This document shows positions 24,049 to 37,400 of a DNA stretch of 64,000 bases, piece by piece. The stretch lies in the NCBI GenBank assembly GCA_950097015.1, contig CATNEN010000038.1:19468001-19532000 (forward strand), in the 5' to 3' direction. The notes beneath the pieces were generated by a model. The model saw nothing but the letters and a program-made list of their open reading frames with translations. It had not been told where the DNA came from and did no database searches. This DNA comes from Macrostomum hystrix. Its lineage: Eukaryota > Animalia > Platyhelminthes. How positions within the stretch are numbered: the first letter of the stretch is position 1; each line of letters opens with the position of its first letter. A program made the translations under genes and the position numbers.

Positions 24049-27000
24049 TAAAATGGGAGATATCAGAGTGGGGGGGACTCGAGGGTCTACAACTCCGAGA
24101 CGCGACTAGTCAGGGCTCTGAAATTTTACAGCCGTGTTCACAGATAATGTTTCCTTCCAGATTTGAGTTTTCAGCCTCGTCTGACCACCAGATTCAGTGA
24201 GGTGACGAAAAGTACTTTTAAAATGGGAGATATCAGAGTGGGGGGGACTCGAGGGTCTACAACTTCGAGACGCGACTAGTCAGGGCTCTGAAATTTTAGA
24301 ACGTTATTCACAGATAATGTTTCCTTCCAGATCTGAGTTTTCAGCCTCGTCTGACCACCAGATTCAGTGAGGTGACGAAAAGTACTTTTAAAATGGGAGA
24401 TATCAGAGTGGGGGGGACTCGAGGGTCTACAACTCCGAGACGCGACTAGTCAGGGCTCTGAAATTTTACAGCCGTGTTCACAGATAATGTTTCCTTCCAG
24501 ATCTGAGTTTTCAGCCTCGTCTGACCACCAGATTCAGTGAGGTGACGAAAAGTACTTTTAAAATGGGAGATATCAGAGTGGGGGGGACTCGAGGGTCTAC
24601 AACTCCGAGACGCGACTAGTCAGGGCTCTGAAATTTTACAGCCGTGTTCACAGATAATGTTTCCTTCCAGATCTGAGTTTTCAGCTTTTTTTGACCACCA
24701 GATTCAGTGAGGTGACGAAAAGTACTTTTAAAATGGGAGATATCAGAGTGGGGGGGACTCGAGGGTCTACAACTCCGAGACGCGACTAGTTAGGGCTCTG
24801 AAATTTTACAGCCGTGTTCACAGATAATGTTTCCTTCCAGATCTGAGATTTCAGCTTTTTTTGACCACCAGATTCAGTGAGGTGACGAAAAGTACTTTTA
24901 AAATGGGAGATATCAGAGTGGGGGGGGACTCGAGGGTCTACAACTTCGAGACGCGACTAGTCAGGTCTCTGAAATTTTACAGCCGTATTCACAGATAATG
25001 TTTCCTTCCAGATTTAAGTTTTCAGCCTCGTCTGACCACCAGATTCAGTGAGGTGACGAAAAGTACTTTTAAAATGGGAGATATCAGAGTGGGGGGGACT
25101 CGAGGGTCTACAACTCCGAGACGCGACTAGTCAGGGCTCTGAAATTTTACAGCCGTGTTTACAGATAATGTTTCCTTCCAGATCTGAGTTTTTAGCCTCG
25201 TCTGACCACCAGATTCAGTGAGGTGACGAAAAGTACTTTTAAAATGGGAGATATCAGAGTGGGGGGGACTCGAGGGTCTACAACTCCGAGACGCGACTAG
25301 TCAGGGCTCTGAAATTTTACAGCCGTGTTCACAGATAATGTTTCCTTCCAGATCTGAGATTTCAGCTTTTTTTGACCACCAGATTCAGTGAGGTGACGAA
25401 AAGTACTTTTAAAATGGGAGATATCAGAGTGGGGGGGACTCGAGGGTCTACAACTTCGAGACGCGACTAGTCAGGGCTCTGAAATTTTACAGCCGTATTC
25501 ACAGATAATGTTTCCTTCCAGATTTAAGTTTTCAGCCTCGTCTGACCACCAGATTCAGTGAGGTGACGAAAAGTACTTTTAAAATGGGAGATATCAGAGT
25601 GGGGGGGACTCGAGGGTCTACAACTCCGAGACGCGACTAGTCAGGGCTCTGAAATTTTACAGCCGTGTTTACAGATAATGTTTCCTTCCAGATCTGAGTT
25701 TTTAGCCTCGTCTGACCACCAGATTCAGTGAGGTGACGAAAAGTACTTTTAAAATGGGAGATATCAGAGTGGGGGGGACTCGAGGGTCTACAACTCCGAG
25801 ACGCGACTAGTCAGGGCTCTGAAATTTTACAGCCGTGTTCACAGATAATGTTTCCTTCCAGATCTGAGATTTCAGCTTTTTTTGACCACCAGATTCAGTG
25901 AGGTGACGAAAAGTACTTTAAAAATGGGAGATATCAGAGTGGGGGGGACTCGAGGGTCTACAACTTCGAGACGCGACTAGTCAGGGCTCTGAAATTTTAC
26001 AGCCGTATTCACAGATAATGTTTCCTTCCAGATCTGAGTTTTCAGCCTCGTCTGACCACCAGATTCAGTGAGGTGACGAAAAGTACTTTTAAAATGGGAG
26101 ATATCAGAGTGGGGGGGACTCGAGGGTCTACAACTCCGAGACGCGACTAGTCAGGGCTCTGAAATTTTACAGCCGTGTTCACAGATAATGTTTCCTTCCA
26201 GATCTGAGTTTTCAGCCTCGTCTGACCACCAGATTCAGTGAGGTGACGAAAAGTACTTTTAAAATGGGAGATATCAGAGTGGGGGGGACTCGAGGGTCTA
26301 CAACTCCGAGACGCGACTAGTCAGGGCTCTGAAATTTTACAGCCGTGTTCACAGATAATGTTTCCTTCCAGATCTGAGTTTTCAGCTTTTTTTGACCACC
26401 AGATTCAGTGAGGTGACGAAAAGTACTTTTAAAATGGGAGATATCAGAGTGGGGGGGACTCGAGGGTCTACAACTCCGAGACGCGACTAGTTAGGGCTCT
26501 GAAATTTTACAGCCGTGTTCACAGATAATGTTTCCTTCCAGATCTGAGTTTTCAGCCTCGTCTGACCACCAGATTCAGTGAGGTGACGAAAAGTACTTTT
26601 AAAATGGGAGATATCAGAGTGGGGGGGACTCGAGGGTCTACAACTTCGAGACGCGACTAGTCAGGGCTCTGAAATTTTACAGCCGTATTCACAGATAATG
26701 TTTCCTTCCAGATCTGAGTTTTCAGCCTCGTCTGACCACCAGATTCAGTGAGGTGACGAAAAGTACTTTTAAAATGGGAGATATCAGAGTGGGGGGGACT
26801 CGAGGGTCTACAACTCCGAGACGCGACTAGTCAGGGCTCTGAAATTTTACAGCCGTGTTCACAGATAATGTTTCCTTCCAGATCTGAGTTTTCAGCCTCG
26901 TCTGACCACCAGATTCAGTGAGGTGACGAAAAGTACTTTTAAAATGGGAGATATCAGAGTGGGGGGGACTCGAGGGTCTACAACTCCGAGACGCGACTAG

Positions 27001-30000
27001 TCAGGGCTCTGAAATTTTACAGCCGTGTTCACAGATAATGTTTCCTTCCAGATCTGAGTTTTCAGCTTTTTTTGACCACCAGATTCAGTGAGGTGACGAA
27101 AAGTACTTTTAAAATGGGAGATATCAGAGTGGGGGGGACTCGAGGGTCTACAACTCCGAGACGCGACTAGTTAGGGCTCTGAAATTTTACAGCCGTGTTC
27201 ACAGATAATGTTTCCTTCCAGATCTGAGTTTTCAGCCTCGTCTGACCACCAGATTCAGTGAGGTGACGAAAAGTACTTTTAAAATGGGAGATATCAGAGT
27301 GGGGGGGACTCGAGGGTCTACAACTTCGAGACGCGACTAGTCAGGGCTCTGAAATTTTACAGCCGTATTCACAGATAATGTTTCCTTCCAGATCTGAGAT
27401 TTCAGCTTTTTTTGACCACCAGATTCAGTGAGGTGACGAAAAGTACTTTTAAAATGGGAGATATCAGAGTGGGGGGGACTCGAGGGTCTACAACTCCGAG
27501 ACGCGACTAGTCAGGGCTCTGAAATTTTACAGCCGTGTTCACAGATAATGTTTCCTTCCAGATCTGAGTTTTCAGCTTTTTTTGACCACCAGATTCAGTG
27601 AGGTGACGAAAAGTACTTTTAAAATGGGAGATATCAGAGTGGGGGGACTCGAGGGTCTACAACTCCGAGACGCGACTAGTCAGGGCTCTGAAATTTTACA
27701 GCCGTGTTCACAGATAATGTTTCCTTCCAGATCTGAGTTTTCAGCCTCGTCTGACCACCAGATTCAGTGAGGTGACGAAAAGTACTTTTAAAATGGGAGA
27801 TATCAGAGTGGGGGGGACTCGAGGGTCTACAACTCCGAGACGCGACTAGTCAGGGCTCTGAAATTTTACAGCCGTGTTCACAGATAATGTTTCCTTCCAG
27901 ATCTGAGTTTTCAGCCTCGTCTGACCACCAGATTCAGTGAGGTGACGAAAAGTACTTTTAAAATGGGAGATATCAGAGTGGGGGGGACTCGAGGGTCTAC
28001 AACTCCGAGACGCGACTAGTCAGGGCTCTGAAATTTTACAGCCGTGTTCACAGATAATGTTTCCTTCCAGATCTGAGATTTCAGCTTTTTTTGACCACCA
28101 GATTCAGTGAGGTGACGAAAAGTACTTTTAAAATGGGAGATATCAGAGTGGGGGGGACTCGAGGGTCTACAACTTCGAGACGCGACTAGTCAGGGCTCTG
28201 AAATTTTACAGCCGTATTCACAGATAATGTTTCCTTCCAGATTTAAGTTTTCAGCCTCGTCTGACCACCAGATTCAGTGAGGTGACGAAAAGTACTTTAA
28301 AAATGGGAGATATCAGAGTGGGGGGGACTCGAGGGTCTACAACTCCGAGACGCGACTAGTTAGGGCTCTGAAATTTTACAGCCGTGTTCACAGATAATGT
28401 TTCCTTCCAGATCTGAGTTTTCAGCCTTGTCTGACCACCAGATTCAGTGAGGTGACGAAAAGTACTTTTAAAATGGGAGATATCAGAGTGGGGGGGACTC
28501 GAGGGTCTACAACTCCGAGACGCGACTAGTCAGGGCTCTGAAATTTTACAGCCGTGTTCACAGATAATGTTTCCTTCCAGATCTGAGTTTTCAGCTTTTT
28601 TTGACCACCAGATTCAGTGAGGTGACGAAAAGTACTTTTAAAATGGGAGATATCAGAGTGGGGGGACTCGAGGGTCTACAACTCCGAGACGCGACTAGTC
28701 AGGGCTCTGAAATTTTACAGCCGTGTTCACAGATAATGTTTCCTTCCAGATCTGAGTTTTCAGCCTCGTCTGACCACCAGATTCAGTGAGGTGACGAAAA
28801 GTACTTTTAAAATGGGAGATATCAGAGTGGGGGGGACTCGAGGGTCTACAACTCCGAGACGCGACTAGTCAGGGCTCTGAAATTTTACAGACGTGTTCAC
28901 AGATAATGTTTCCTTCCAGATCTGAGTTTTCAGCCTTGTCTGACCACCAGATTCAGTGAGGTGACGAAAAGTACTTTTAAAATGGGAGATATCAGAGTGG
29001 GGGGGACTCGAGGGTCTACAACTCCGAGACGCGACTAGTCAGGGCTCTGAAATTTTACAGCCGTGTTCACAGATAATGTTTCCTTCCAGATCTGAGTTTT
29101 CAGCTTTTTTTGACCACCAGATTCAGTGAGGTGACGAAAAGTACTTTTAAAATGGGAGATATCAGAGTGGGGGGACTCGAGGGTCTACAACTCCGAGACG
29201 CGACTAGTCAGGGCTCTGAAATTTTACAGCCGTGTTCACAGATAATGTTTCCTTCCAGATCTGAGTTTTCAGCCTCGTCTGACCACCAGATTCAGTGAGG
29301 TGACGAAAAGTACTTTTAAAATGGGAGATATCAGAGTGGGGGGGACTCGAGGGTCTACAACTCCGAGACGCGACTAGTCAGGGCTCTGAAATTTTACAGA
29401 CGTGTTCACAGATAATGTTTCCTTCCAGATCTGAGATTTCAGCTTTTTTTGACCACCAGATTCAGTGAGGTGACGAAAAGTACTTTTAAAATGGGAGATA
29501 TCAGAGTGGGGGGGACTCGAGGGTCTACAACTTCGAGACGCGACTAGTCAGGGCTCTGAAATTTTACAGCCGTATTCACAGATAATGTTTCCTTCCAGAT
29601 CTGTGTTTTCAGCCTCGTCTGACCACCAGATTCAGTGAGGTGACGAAAAGTACTTTTAAAATGGGAGATATCAGAGTGGGGGGGACTCGAGGGTCTACAA
29701 CTCCGAGACGCGACTAGTCAGGGCTCTGAAATTTTACAGCCGTGTTCACAGATAATGTTTCCTTCCAGATCTGAGATTTCAGCTTTTTTTGACCACCAGA
29801 TTCAGTGAGGTGACGAAAAGTACTTTTAAAATGGGAGATATCAGAGTGGGGGGGGACTCGAGGGTCTACAACTTCGAGACGCGACTAGTCAGGGCTCTGA
29901 AATTTTACAGCCGTATTCACAGATAATGTTTCCTTCCAGATTTAAGTTTTCAGCCTCGTCTGACCACCAGATTCAGTGAGGTGACGAAAAGTACTTTTAA

Positions 30001-31978
30001 AATGGGAGATATCAGAGTGGGGGGGACTCGAGGGTCTACAACTCCGAGACGCGACTAGTCAGGGCTCTGAAATTTTACAGCCGTGTTCACAGATAATGTT
30101 TCCTTCCAGATCTGAGATTTCAGCTTTTTTTGACCACCAGATTCAGTGAGGTGACGAAAAGTACTTTAAAAATGGGAGATATCAGAGTGGGGGGGACTCG
30201 AGGGTCTACAACTTCGAGACGCGACTAGTCAGGGCTCTGAAATTTTACAGCCGTATTCACAGATAATGTTTCCTTCCAGATCTGAGTTTTCAGCCTCGTC
30301 TGACCACCAGATTCAGTGAGGTGACGAAAAGTACTTTTAAAATGGGAGATATCAGAGTGGGGGGGACTCGAGGGTCTACAACTCCGAGACGCGACTAGTC
30401 AGGGCTCTGAAATTTTACAGCCGTGTTCACAGATAATGTTTCCTTCCAGATCTGAGTTTTCAGCCTCGTCTGACCACCAGATTCAGTGAGGTGACGAAAA
30501 GTACTTTTAAAATGGGAGATATCAGAGTGGGGGGGACTCGAGGGTCTACAACTCCGAGACGCGACTAGTCAGGGCTCTGAAATTTTACAGCCGTGTTCAC
30601 AGATAATGTTTCCTTCCAGATCTGAGTTTTCAGCTTTTTTTGACCACCAGATTCAGTGAGGTGACGAAAAGTACTTTTAAAATGGGAGATATCAGAGTGG
30701 GGGGGACTCGAGGGTCTACAACTCCGAGACGCGACTAGTTAGGGCTCTGAAATTTTACAGCCGTGTTCACAGATAATGTTTCCTTCCAGATCTGAGATTT
30801 CAGCTTTTTTTGACCACCAGATTCAGTGAGGTGACGAAAAGTACTTTTAAAATGGGAGATATCAGAGTGGGGGGGGACTCGAGGGTCTACAACTTCGAGA
30901 CGCGACTAGTCAGGGCTCTGAAATTTTACAGCCGTATTCACAGATAATGTTTCCTTCCAGATTTAAGTTTTCAGCCTCGTCTGACCACCAGATTCAGTGA
31001 GGTGACGAAAAGTACTTTTAAAATGGGAGATATCAGAGTGGGGGGGACTCGAGGGTCTACAACTCCGAGACGCGACTAGTCAGGGCTCTGAAATTTTACA
31101 GCCGTGTTCACAGATAATGTTTCCTTCCAGATCTGAGATTTCAGCTTTTTTTGACCACCAGATTCAGTGAGGTGACGAAAAGTACTTTTAAAATGGGAGA
31201 TATCAGAGTGGGGGGGACTCGAGGGTCTACAACTTCGAGACGCGACTAGTCAGGGCTCTGAAATTTTACAGCCGTATTCACAGATAATGTTTCCTTCCAG
31301 ATTTAAGTTTTCAGCCTCGTCTGACCACCAGATTCAGTGAGGTGACGAAAAGTACTTTTAAAATGGGAGATATCAGAGTGGGGGGGACTCGAGGGTCTAC
31401 AACTCCGAGACGCGACTAGTCAGGGCTCTGAAATTTTACAGCCGTGTTTACAGATAATGTTTCCTTCCAGATCTGAGTTTTTAGCCTCGTCTGACCACCA
31501 GATTCAGTGAGGTGACGAAAAGTACTTTTAAAATGGGAGATATCAGAGTGGGGGGGACTCGAGGGTCTACAACTCCGAGACGCGACTAGTCAGGGCTCTG
31601 AAATTTTACAGCCGTGTTCACAGATAATGTTTCCTTCCAGATCTGAGATTTCAGCTTTTTTTGACCACCAGATTCAGTGAGGTGACGAAAAGTACTTTAA
31701 AAATGGGAGATATCAGAGTGGGGGGGACTCGAGGGTCTACAACTTCGAGACGCGACTAGTCAGGGCTCTGAAATTTTACAGCCGTATTCACAGATAATGT
31801 TTCCTTCCAGATCTGAGTTTTCAGCCTCGTCTGACCACCAGATTCAGTGAGGTGACGAAAAGTACTTTTAAAATGGGAGATATCAGAGTGGGGGGGACTC
31901 GAGGGTCTACAACTCCGAGACGCGACTAGTCAGGGCTCTGAAATTTTACAGCCGTGTTCACAGATAATGTTTCCTTCC
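24049..31978 (-). repeat. Right arm satellite array, same 170-bp unit inverted, ~47 copies
   Basis: Reverse complement of the left array unit with the same variant set. Confidence 0.97.
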
Positions 31979-32448
31979 TTATCATTGCTCTCAGCTGTAT
32001 ATCATGTACGAGTAATAATCCTGCGAAGCGCAAAAGTGAGGTTATATTTTTAGTTTTTTTGATGAAGTTTACGATGATTATAAAAATAATAAATTATACA
32101 AACACATTTAATGAGGTGAGTTTTGAGTTGTGATTTTAGTAGTTGCGATATTTAGTAAACCGCTTTTTGTATTCGTTAACTTAGTTGGTTGAGCAAATTT
32201 GTTTTATTCTATGAAAAACATATATTAGAAAACGTTTTGTGAAAGTAAACGATTTTTTGTGTGTTGTGCGCAAGTCCGTCGATATTTATTAATTTTATTC
32301 TCAATAATGATATTTTCGGACCGATATATAAGTATTTCATCTGTTAGAAGTCTTTTTATTAGTTGCTTGTCGATTTTTTGTTGGCTATAACATAATTTTT
32401 TTCTGGTACTGGTTCTGGTACTGGTTCTGGTACTGGAAGTATAGACGT
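31979..32448 (-). repeat. Right unique terminal segment of the TIR
   Basis: Reverse complement of 7089-7558; ends ...TACTGGAAGTATAGACGT. Confidence 0.93.
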
Positions 32449-32456
32449 ATAAAGTG
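32449..32456 (+). repeat. Right target-site duplication ATAAAGTG
   Basis: Identical to 7081-7088. Confidence 0.9.
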
Positions 32457-34462
32457 TGTTAAAAAGCGTTATAATAATTTAGAGTGGGAAACCGAAACTA
32501 TGCAAAGAATGTTTACATAGAGCTGGGCTAGGCCATTTTAGAAGTCGAGCTCTGAAATTCTATGATTCAGAGTAGGTACCTAGGTACCTAGTATTCTACC
32601 TAGGGTAGTGCTCGGCAAATTGTAAAAATAAACAACTCAAGAATATAGATAAGGAACCTTTGACCATAACAATATTGCAATTGCATTTTGATTATACATA
32701 AATACAAAAATATAAATTATCTAAAAAATACCTCTTGAACCAGTCAAAGAAGCATCTACTTAATGTTGCTGATGATCAATTGTAAAACAAGATTTTTAAA
32801 CACCACTTCCTGCATACTACATTTAGGCCTAGACCTAGTTAACGAACTAAGTTTCTAAGAATATGGTCAGCTTTAACTTAAAAACAATTAACACTAAAAC
32901 AATTTAAAAGAAACACAGGTTTAAAAATATTGTTTAGTGATTTTTCAAATCTATGTCACACGCAGCTATTTTAATTTTCTCTCAGAGAGTTCTAGAATCC
33001 AGATTATTTTAGAAGTTGGAGCCATATTAGACGATAAAAAAAATTATATGCACTTTGAAAATACATGGATTCAATTTATCGTGTGGGTACAGAATAGCAC
33101 TTTTTCAATGGCTTTCAATCATTAGCTTTGCTAACATTACTTAAGCTATTTGTAGAATATATTGCTGTTTCCGCATTATCCTATGGACTCCAACACATGA
33201 TACAGCTATAGTTAAGTAGCGATTCATGTATATACTTGTAACTAGCTTGTTGCATTCTGTTGCTGTTAGCTGTTGCTTTCGATTTCAAAAAGTATCTCTG
33301 CCTATTCAATTAAATGCGATGAAACCCTCATGCAGCTAGCAACTATACATCAAGGACTATTAGAGTCCTACTACTGTGCTAGTGGTCCTTCTTGGGCGCT
33401 ATATGTATATATGACGAAAGAGCTGTAGATCATGTAGATTGGTGCGTAGTCGAATCTGGGTGCTGGACCAGTCGCTGTCTGAGCAAAATATCGTTCTTCT
33501 ACGGTCGCCTGCAGCACGAGGCATTAATCCTGGCTCTTCACAGCGAGCAAGAAAGTTTTCGGCGGTAAACATTCAATTGCTTTAATAAGCACTAGCAGAT
33601 AGTCGTCCAGTCGTCCTGAAACATTGCGTCTAAACCGTGGAAACTCTGCTTAAAACGCTTACATGAGATCTCATGCACTGCTAATTTGATGCAGGCGGAA
33701 AAATCGATCCCAAGACGAAAAAAGCTACTTCATGGCTCAAGGTTAAAACTTCGGGCTCAGTTAGTAGCCGAGGCTATAATGGCTTGGCATCATGAATTAG
33801 AGGTACTTGTCGAAGGCGCAGCCTGCAATTAAGTGAACATCTTAAGTATGGTCTCTACCAAAAAGCCAGGAACAACGATATTCAGATTTTCCGCTTTTAA
33901 GAACCCGTGAAATTAAGATAAACATCAAATATAAAGGTAACTTCTTCTGGCATACGTTTTTACTTGAAGTATTTCGAAAATGCAAAAACTGCTCTTATTT
34001 GTTAACTTGAAAACAAAAATTGCTCAACTAGTAAAACTAAGTGAAGTAGAGAAGAACTTATATAAGCTGCTGTCTTTGTCTGAATACACTAATAAAAGAA
34101 ATAGTTTCGTACCATAAACAGCTTGGTTGATTGAGTCAGGGTCACCATTTAAAAAAGTTCGGAGTTTTTTCAACGTCGCGAACTCATTTGATGACACGAG
34201 AATTTCACACCAAATTACAAGCTAGATAATAATTTGGCAAAGTTTAGAAAGGCCTGAGAATAATGATGTAGCTTTTAATTCAAATTAGTCGTAACTCTGT
34301 GCTGAGGTCTGATTTTGTTCATAGATTGACAGCAACAAAATACCATACAGAAGATATTCACGAAATTTATCAATCGCGTCTTCGGTACAATAAGACATAC
34401 TTTTATTCACAGAATATTCAAGACCTAGGCTATCGGGTCATGGCCAACTCTCGTTGAGCCAT

Positions 34463-37400
34463 CTATAGGTCATTGCTTTCATGGTTTATAGGGCGCTGAA
34501 AGAAGAACGCGCGAAAGAAGCAATTATGCAGGTAGCCGCGACAGGAACACCGGAACCAGCAGAGCAGTGTGGCGCAGCAGGTGCAACCCAGTGCGACTAG
34601 CACAGCCAGGACAAGCCAGCGGATTCCTGCTTCCTCTGTCGACGGAGTGTCGCGTCCGTCGCCTCCAAGACCCCGCAGAAGACGAAATAGGCAGGGCACA
34701 TCGTCGTCCTTATCCGATGCGTCCGGCTGCCTAGATAACTGGAAGCCAGCAGTTGCGCGTTGTCTGTCAACGATCAGCGGAGCCTCTACAGACCAATTCT
34801 GCATCGAATCTTCCAGCGCGGTCCCGTACCATCGGAGCAGAAAAATAAAGACATCATCGCTTTCGTCTACGTCGAGTTGGTCGAATTTTGCGTCTGTAGT
34901 CGCGGCTGCAAACCTGCATCCGGGACATTGGCGAGCGGAGGGGAATATCCAGCCCCGGGCTCGGTTGTGCAGCCGCCACAGCTGAAGCAGCTCGGCACGC
35001 GCCGTTGTCCGTGGATTGAATGCTTTTTTTAGCAACTTTGGTGGCATCGCTGACAATGGACAGGCGAGTTGAAATTTGCCAGCCGTGGCCAGCACTGATG
35101 GCAGGACTCCGGGTGACAAAACTCTTGCGGCGGCCAGTGACTGCAGAAGACGCCATCGCCAGTCTTCGTCAAGAGTTGCATTGCCGGTCTGAGCAGGATT
35201 CGCCAAGCCAGCTGCGACCAGAAGACGCCACCACGCTTTTAGAGTAAGACGACGTTGATACCGCCTCAATTGGGAGGCTAGCTGGTTCAGTTTGGGATCC
35301 CGGTTTGAAAATGCTGCCTTTAGAAGTTGAACGAATTGCGCGATTATTTTTTTAAACTTCTCGAAGCCACGCGAAGTTTTCCCAGACAGGCAGGCGAAAA
35401 CATCGCGTTGAAGAAATCTATGCGCGTCGGCAGTCAGCTGATGAATGCTCGGTGGCTGATCCAAGTTACACAAGACAACCTGTTGCACCTTGCCAACGCT
35501 GCTGCTGAGGTTGGATGTTAAATTCGTATGCTTTCTTGACTTGCAGTTAATCACAGCTTCCAGCTCGGTCGAGGAGTTCACTAGCAGGCGATAGCGACGC
35601 CGTCGATGGCGGAACGAGCTGACGTGAACGCGGCCAGGAGCCAGGTTGTAGTTGATGTGCCAGGCGACTCGGGGGCGCGTGGCTGACGATGGTCGCTCGA
35701 GGCAGTCCAGAATGACCCGTCTGGACAGGAAGGTGTCAGACGATTCCTCCAGGTAGAATGCTTCAATAGAGCCAGCTTTGTGAATCAACCGATTCCTGTA
35801 GCGAGCAAATGAATGGATGGCCAGAATCAAGTGTACAATCGATGAAACAGTGCGATCGTGATAAGCTAAAATAGCTGATAGGACAATGACAGGATTTGCC
35901 CCGCTCAAAACTGCAGCGAGGCCACATTCATTTAGAACACGGGTGGGAAAGCTTGGTGGCTTGACGTCCGATTCACAATTCCCGACCCATCAGAATTACC
36001 AACTCTAAACTGTAAAAAAACCACGGAGGCGGATTTCAAATACCCACATTTGTCTGTTGTTCTATATCTCCCTAAATATTCAACCAATGGTCATAAAAAT
36101 CCTGAGCAGGGGCTAAAATTCATCTGAAAGGATAAAACAACTTCCAGAATCACAAAAAATCGGCGTCGTCGAGATATTGAATGATTCTCCACGGATTGTC
36201 TGTTGGCAAGAACCACCAATATAGACGGTTCTTTTCTGTTCACAAAATTTCTTTATGTAATCATTGTTGACTATTTTGGATTGATCAAATTTTTTCGAGC
36301 CAATAGTGATTCGCCTTGGATACTAAGCAATGTCACTTGTTCTTGTCACCAGGGTCTTCGACAAGAATTGCTGAATATCTCAACGACACTGACTGACTTT
36401 GGCTTTGAAAATTAGTTCATTGTAAAGGACAGAAAAAATTGATCCATATGGTGGACTTTCACCTACACACCTTTGTGTGTACTCAGGAGTCAGCGGAATG
36501 GGCAGAATTGCCTCCTCGTTGGCTGCAGGTCTAGTGTCACCAAAAATGAGATCACTGCAAAAGTACTATCTGAAGCAACTCACACATTCTTTATAGGCCG
36601 CAGGTTGGGCACTTGCTTCTCTAATTCGATGAACAGAACTTCCTCCAGGTAGGCCGGGTCTCTGGGCATTTGTACCAGCTTGCGAGCCTCAGACGTATTA
36701 TCAAGCCAGGCCGTCTGTCTGGGGATGAACAGCAGCGTTGGCAGACCCTTGACCCGGTAGCGATGCAGCGCGGCGGTATTCTCGCTGCGGCCAGTGTCCA
36801 TTGCGGCCAGTCGGAGATAGGAGGGCCAGGCTGACAAGGTGGATTGAGTGACAACTCTTGTATTGAGATAGACATAAATTTCAAGGACTACTAAACAACA
36901 CTGTGTTGTGTTCCAAATACATTAACTGAAGACCAATAGTGTCGACATATCGACAAATCCAAGACACAATCTGTTGAAATTTGAACACTTGGCAAATAAG
37001 GCTGTACGACTATAGTTTCAGAAGGTGTGCAAAAGAATTAGGCCCCATGTTCTTGAATTTCATGCATCTAAGTTGCTCGACATGCAGTTTATATATTGAT
37101 TAGGGTCACCAAGATACCTAATATATGACTATTGCTTTTTGCATTGCACGTCTATGGCCCGTGCATCAATGCCGAGCAGCAATAGCATTGTACACTTTTG
37201 GAGGGGTTTTTTCCCAGCCACCAATGAAGCCTGATTGTTGCACGCCTTTACTGTCTATGTCCCGAACCCCGCCAGCTCGTCTCGCTGTCTTACAGCCTTC
37301 CCCAAACTGAGTTCTCTTGCTGCCCTAAGTCACGCGGTCTTCTTTTGGACCATAGACATTTCGGGCGTGCACCAATCGACAAAATAATCGATTGCTGCAC

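Larger units (their letters stand above)
7089..32448 (-). mobile_element. Giant foldback DNA transposon (Mutator/MULE class, NOF-FB/Rehavkus-like), 25,360 bp, with satellite-built terminal inverted repeats
   Basis: The left end ACGTCTATACTTCCAGTACC (7089) is the exact reverse complement of the right end (32448). Direct repeat ATAAAGTG flanks both ends (7081-7088, 32449-32456). Internal DDE transposase ORF. Confidence 0.93.

Noticed and set aside
7561-31978. CRISPR-like array or repeated 62-aa gene (MTTRFSEVTK...) in the 170-bp repeats
   Set aside because: There are no unique spacers and the context is eukaryotic. The 62-aa ORFs appear only where a 1-bp shorter G-run opens the frame from a TTG, so they are by-products of the satellite.
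7089-32448. Foldback chimeric-read assembly artefact
   Set aside because: The arms differ in length and inner order, enclose a unique 5.7-kb coding core, have a mismatch in the termini and are bounded by a TSD. Read-level confirmation is still desirable.
33300-33900. Slightly GC-richer stretch that might be a decayed coding sequence
   Set aside because: No ORF of 60 aa or more and no recognisable motif.
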